NCBI GenBank assembly: GCA_003559395.1
Contig: PWLL01000002.1
Location: forward strand, 1 to 7,652
Origin: Candidatus Iainarchaeum sp.
GTDB lineage: Archaea; Iainarchaeota; Iainarchaeia; Iainarchaeales; CSSED10-239
Reading direction: 5' to 3'
Length of the DNA stretch: 7,652 nucleotides
Under the pieces are notes generated by a model. The model ran no database searches, was not told the DNA's origin, and saw nothing but the letters and a program-made list of their open reading frames with translations. Below, piece by piece: positions 6,859 through 7,652 of the stretch. The position numbers and the translations under genes are program-made. Numbering within the stretch: the first letter of the stretch is position 1; every line of letters starts with the position of its first letter.

Positions 6859-6880
6859 GATGAACCTTCGAAGGGGAACC

Positions 6881-7652
6881 ATGAGAGGGAAACTGACACA
6901 ACGACAGATCGACAACGTCAAGGATGTACGCAGGTATGGAGTGATCTCTGTTCTGGAGAAGACGAACAGGATCCTCGGATCGCAAGATTCGGTCGTCAAG
7001 GTCGAGTACGAGAACGGGATCCCGGCTCCAGCGATGACGGATGGCAAGAAGATCATCATCAACACGATGTATGAGCCGGTTCGCGGAGCGCTTGAGAAGG
7101 GGTTCGACCCATCGTCGATGATGATCGCGACGGGGTTGAACTACCACGAGCTTGCGCACTGTCTGTTCATGCCACGGATCACCTCGCCATACATCAAGAA
7201 GATCCGCGAGAAGGGCATGTTCGAGACGTGGAACATCCTCGAAGATCAGACGGACGAGACTCGGTTCGTGAAGCTCTATGAGCCTGCGAAGCACTACTTC
7301 TCTGCGCTCGTTTCGAACTTCATCATCGGCTCGGATGCGTTCACGGCAGGGTCGAACTACCTGCTCGTGTCCGGGCGGAGGTTCATCCCTCAGAGGATGA
7401 GACTCAAGCTGATGGACGACTTCTCTCATCCAGATCTGATCCCGGAGATCGATGCCCTGATAACCGAGTACAAGTCTCTGGTCTATCCAGATGATGAGGA
7501 TCGGATGTTCGAGGTCGTGACCGAGTTCCATGACCTGATCAGAGCTGTTCGACCACCGGACATGGGTGGGATCTTCCACGAGAACATCAGTGTTGGTCAG
7601 CCGAAGAAAGGGCTCTCCAAGGAGCTTCTCGAAGCCCCTGAACCTTCTTCAG
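6881..7652 (+). CDS. Metallopeptidase-like (HExxH) protein resembling the CobT/DUF2201 N-terminal domain; likely partner of the ATPase; 3'-partial
   Basis: I translated this frame by hand from ATG 6881 and found no stop to the window end. That explains its absence from the ORF track. AAGGGGA lies upstream. Motifs are AMTDGKKIIINT (7031-7066), HELAH (7145-7159) and WNILEDQTDETR (7229-7264). Alternative ATG at 6860 has no RBS. Confidence 0.8.
   Translation, partial: MRGKLTQRQIDNVKDVRRYGVISVLEKTNRILGSQDSVVKVEYENGIPAPAMTDGKKIIINTMYEPVRGALEKGFDPSSMMIATGLNYHELAHCLFMPRITSPYIKKIREKGMFETWNILEDQTDETRFVKLYEPAKHYFSALVSNFIIGSDAFTAGSNYLLVSGRRFIPQRMRLKLMDDFSHPDLIPEIDALITEYKSLVYPDDEDRMFEVVTEFHDLIRAVRPPDMGGIFHENISVGQPKKGLSKELLEAPEPSS

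Noticed and set aside
6860-6862. Alternative ATG start for the HExxH gene, directly after the hairpin
   Set aside because: It is preceded by a C-rich hairpin arm with no purine-rich RBS. ATG 6881 has AAGGGGA upstream. The earlier start is not fully excluded.
6760-7074. Plus-strand ORF of 104 aa
   Set aside because: It starts at a GTG inside the structured gap and reads through the G/C hairpin as poly-Gly/Pro/Ser/Arg. It is out of frame with the motif-bearing gene.
6590-7579. Minus-strand ORF of 329 aa, the longest tracked ORF in this region
   Set aside because: It lies antisense to the motif-bearing + strand frame (HELAH, TDGKKIIIN). Its product is Arg/Leu/Asp/His-rich low-complexity sequence, has no RBS, and would be the only minus-strand gene. 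This is a typical shadow ORF.

Overview
All genes are on the + strand in a tightly packed, phage-like block. Hand-sampled GC is in the mid-50s %. RBSs are GGAGG-type and several starts overlap the preceding stop: ATGA at 1191 and 4865, GTGA at 1646, TGATG at 3618-3622. This fits a dsDNA phage or prophage of a Gram-positive, probably actinobacterial, host (inference only). I call 11 CDSs: an acidic zinc-ribbon protein, a hypothetical, a stand-alone Pnkp-like HAD phosphatase, four small membrane proteins, a DNA-binding protein with a C2H2-like zinc finger and tandem winged helices, an acidic hypothetical, an AAA+ MoxR/CobS-like ATPase, and a 3'-open HExxH gene that is missing from the supplied ORF track. 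Main observations: (1) The ATPase Walker A is split between GPTGPGK and T by a 330-aa intein. The intein has no N-terminal nucleophile, carries the class 3 Trp/Cys/Thr signature and contains a LAGLIDADG endonuclease. (2) The ATPase is followed by a metallopeptidase-like, CobT/DUF2201-like partner, giving a MoxR-type two-gene module of unknown phage function. (3) A near-consensus extended -10 promoter lies just upstream of, not downstream of, a strong intrinsic terminator. This suggests a roughly 50-nt RNA or an antitermination-gated cassette. (4) A perfect 12-bp G/C hairpin sits in an unusually long 132-nt gap between the ATPase and its partner. (5) GATC/CGATCG is strongly enriched across the window. 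No tRNA, rRNA, CRISPR array or transposase was seen.
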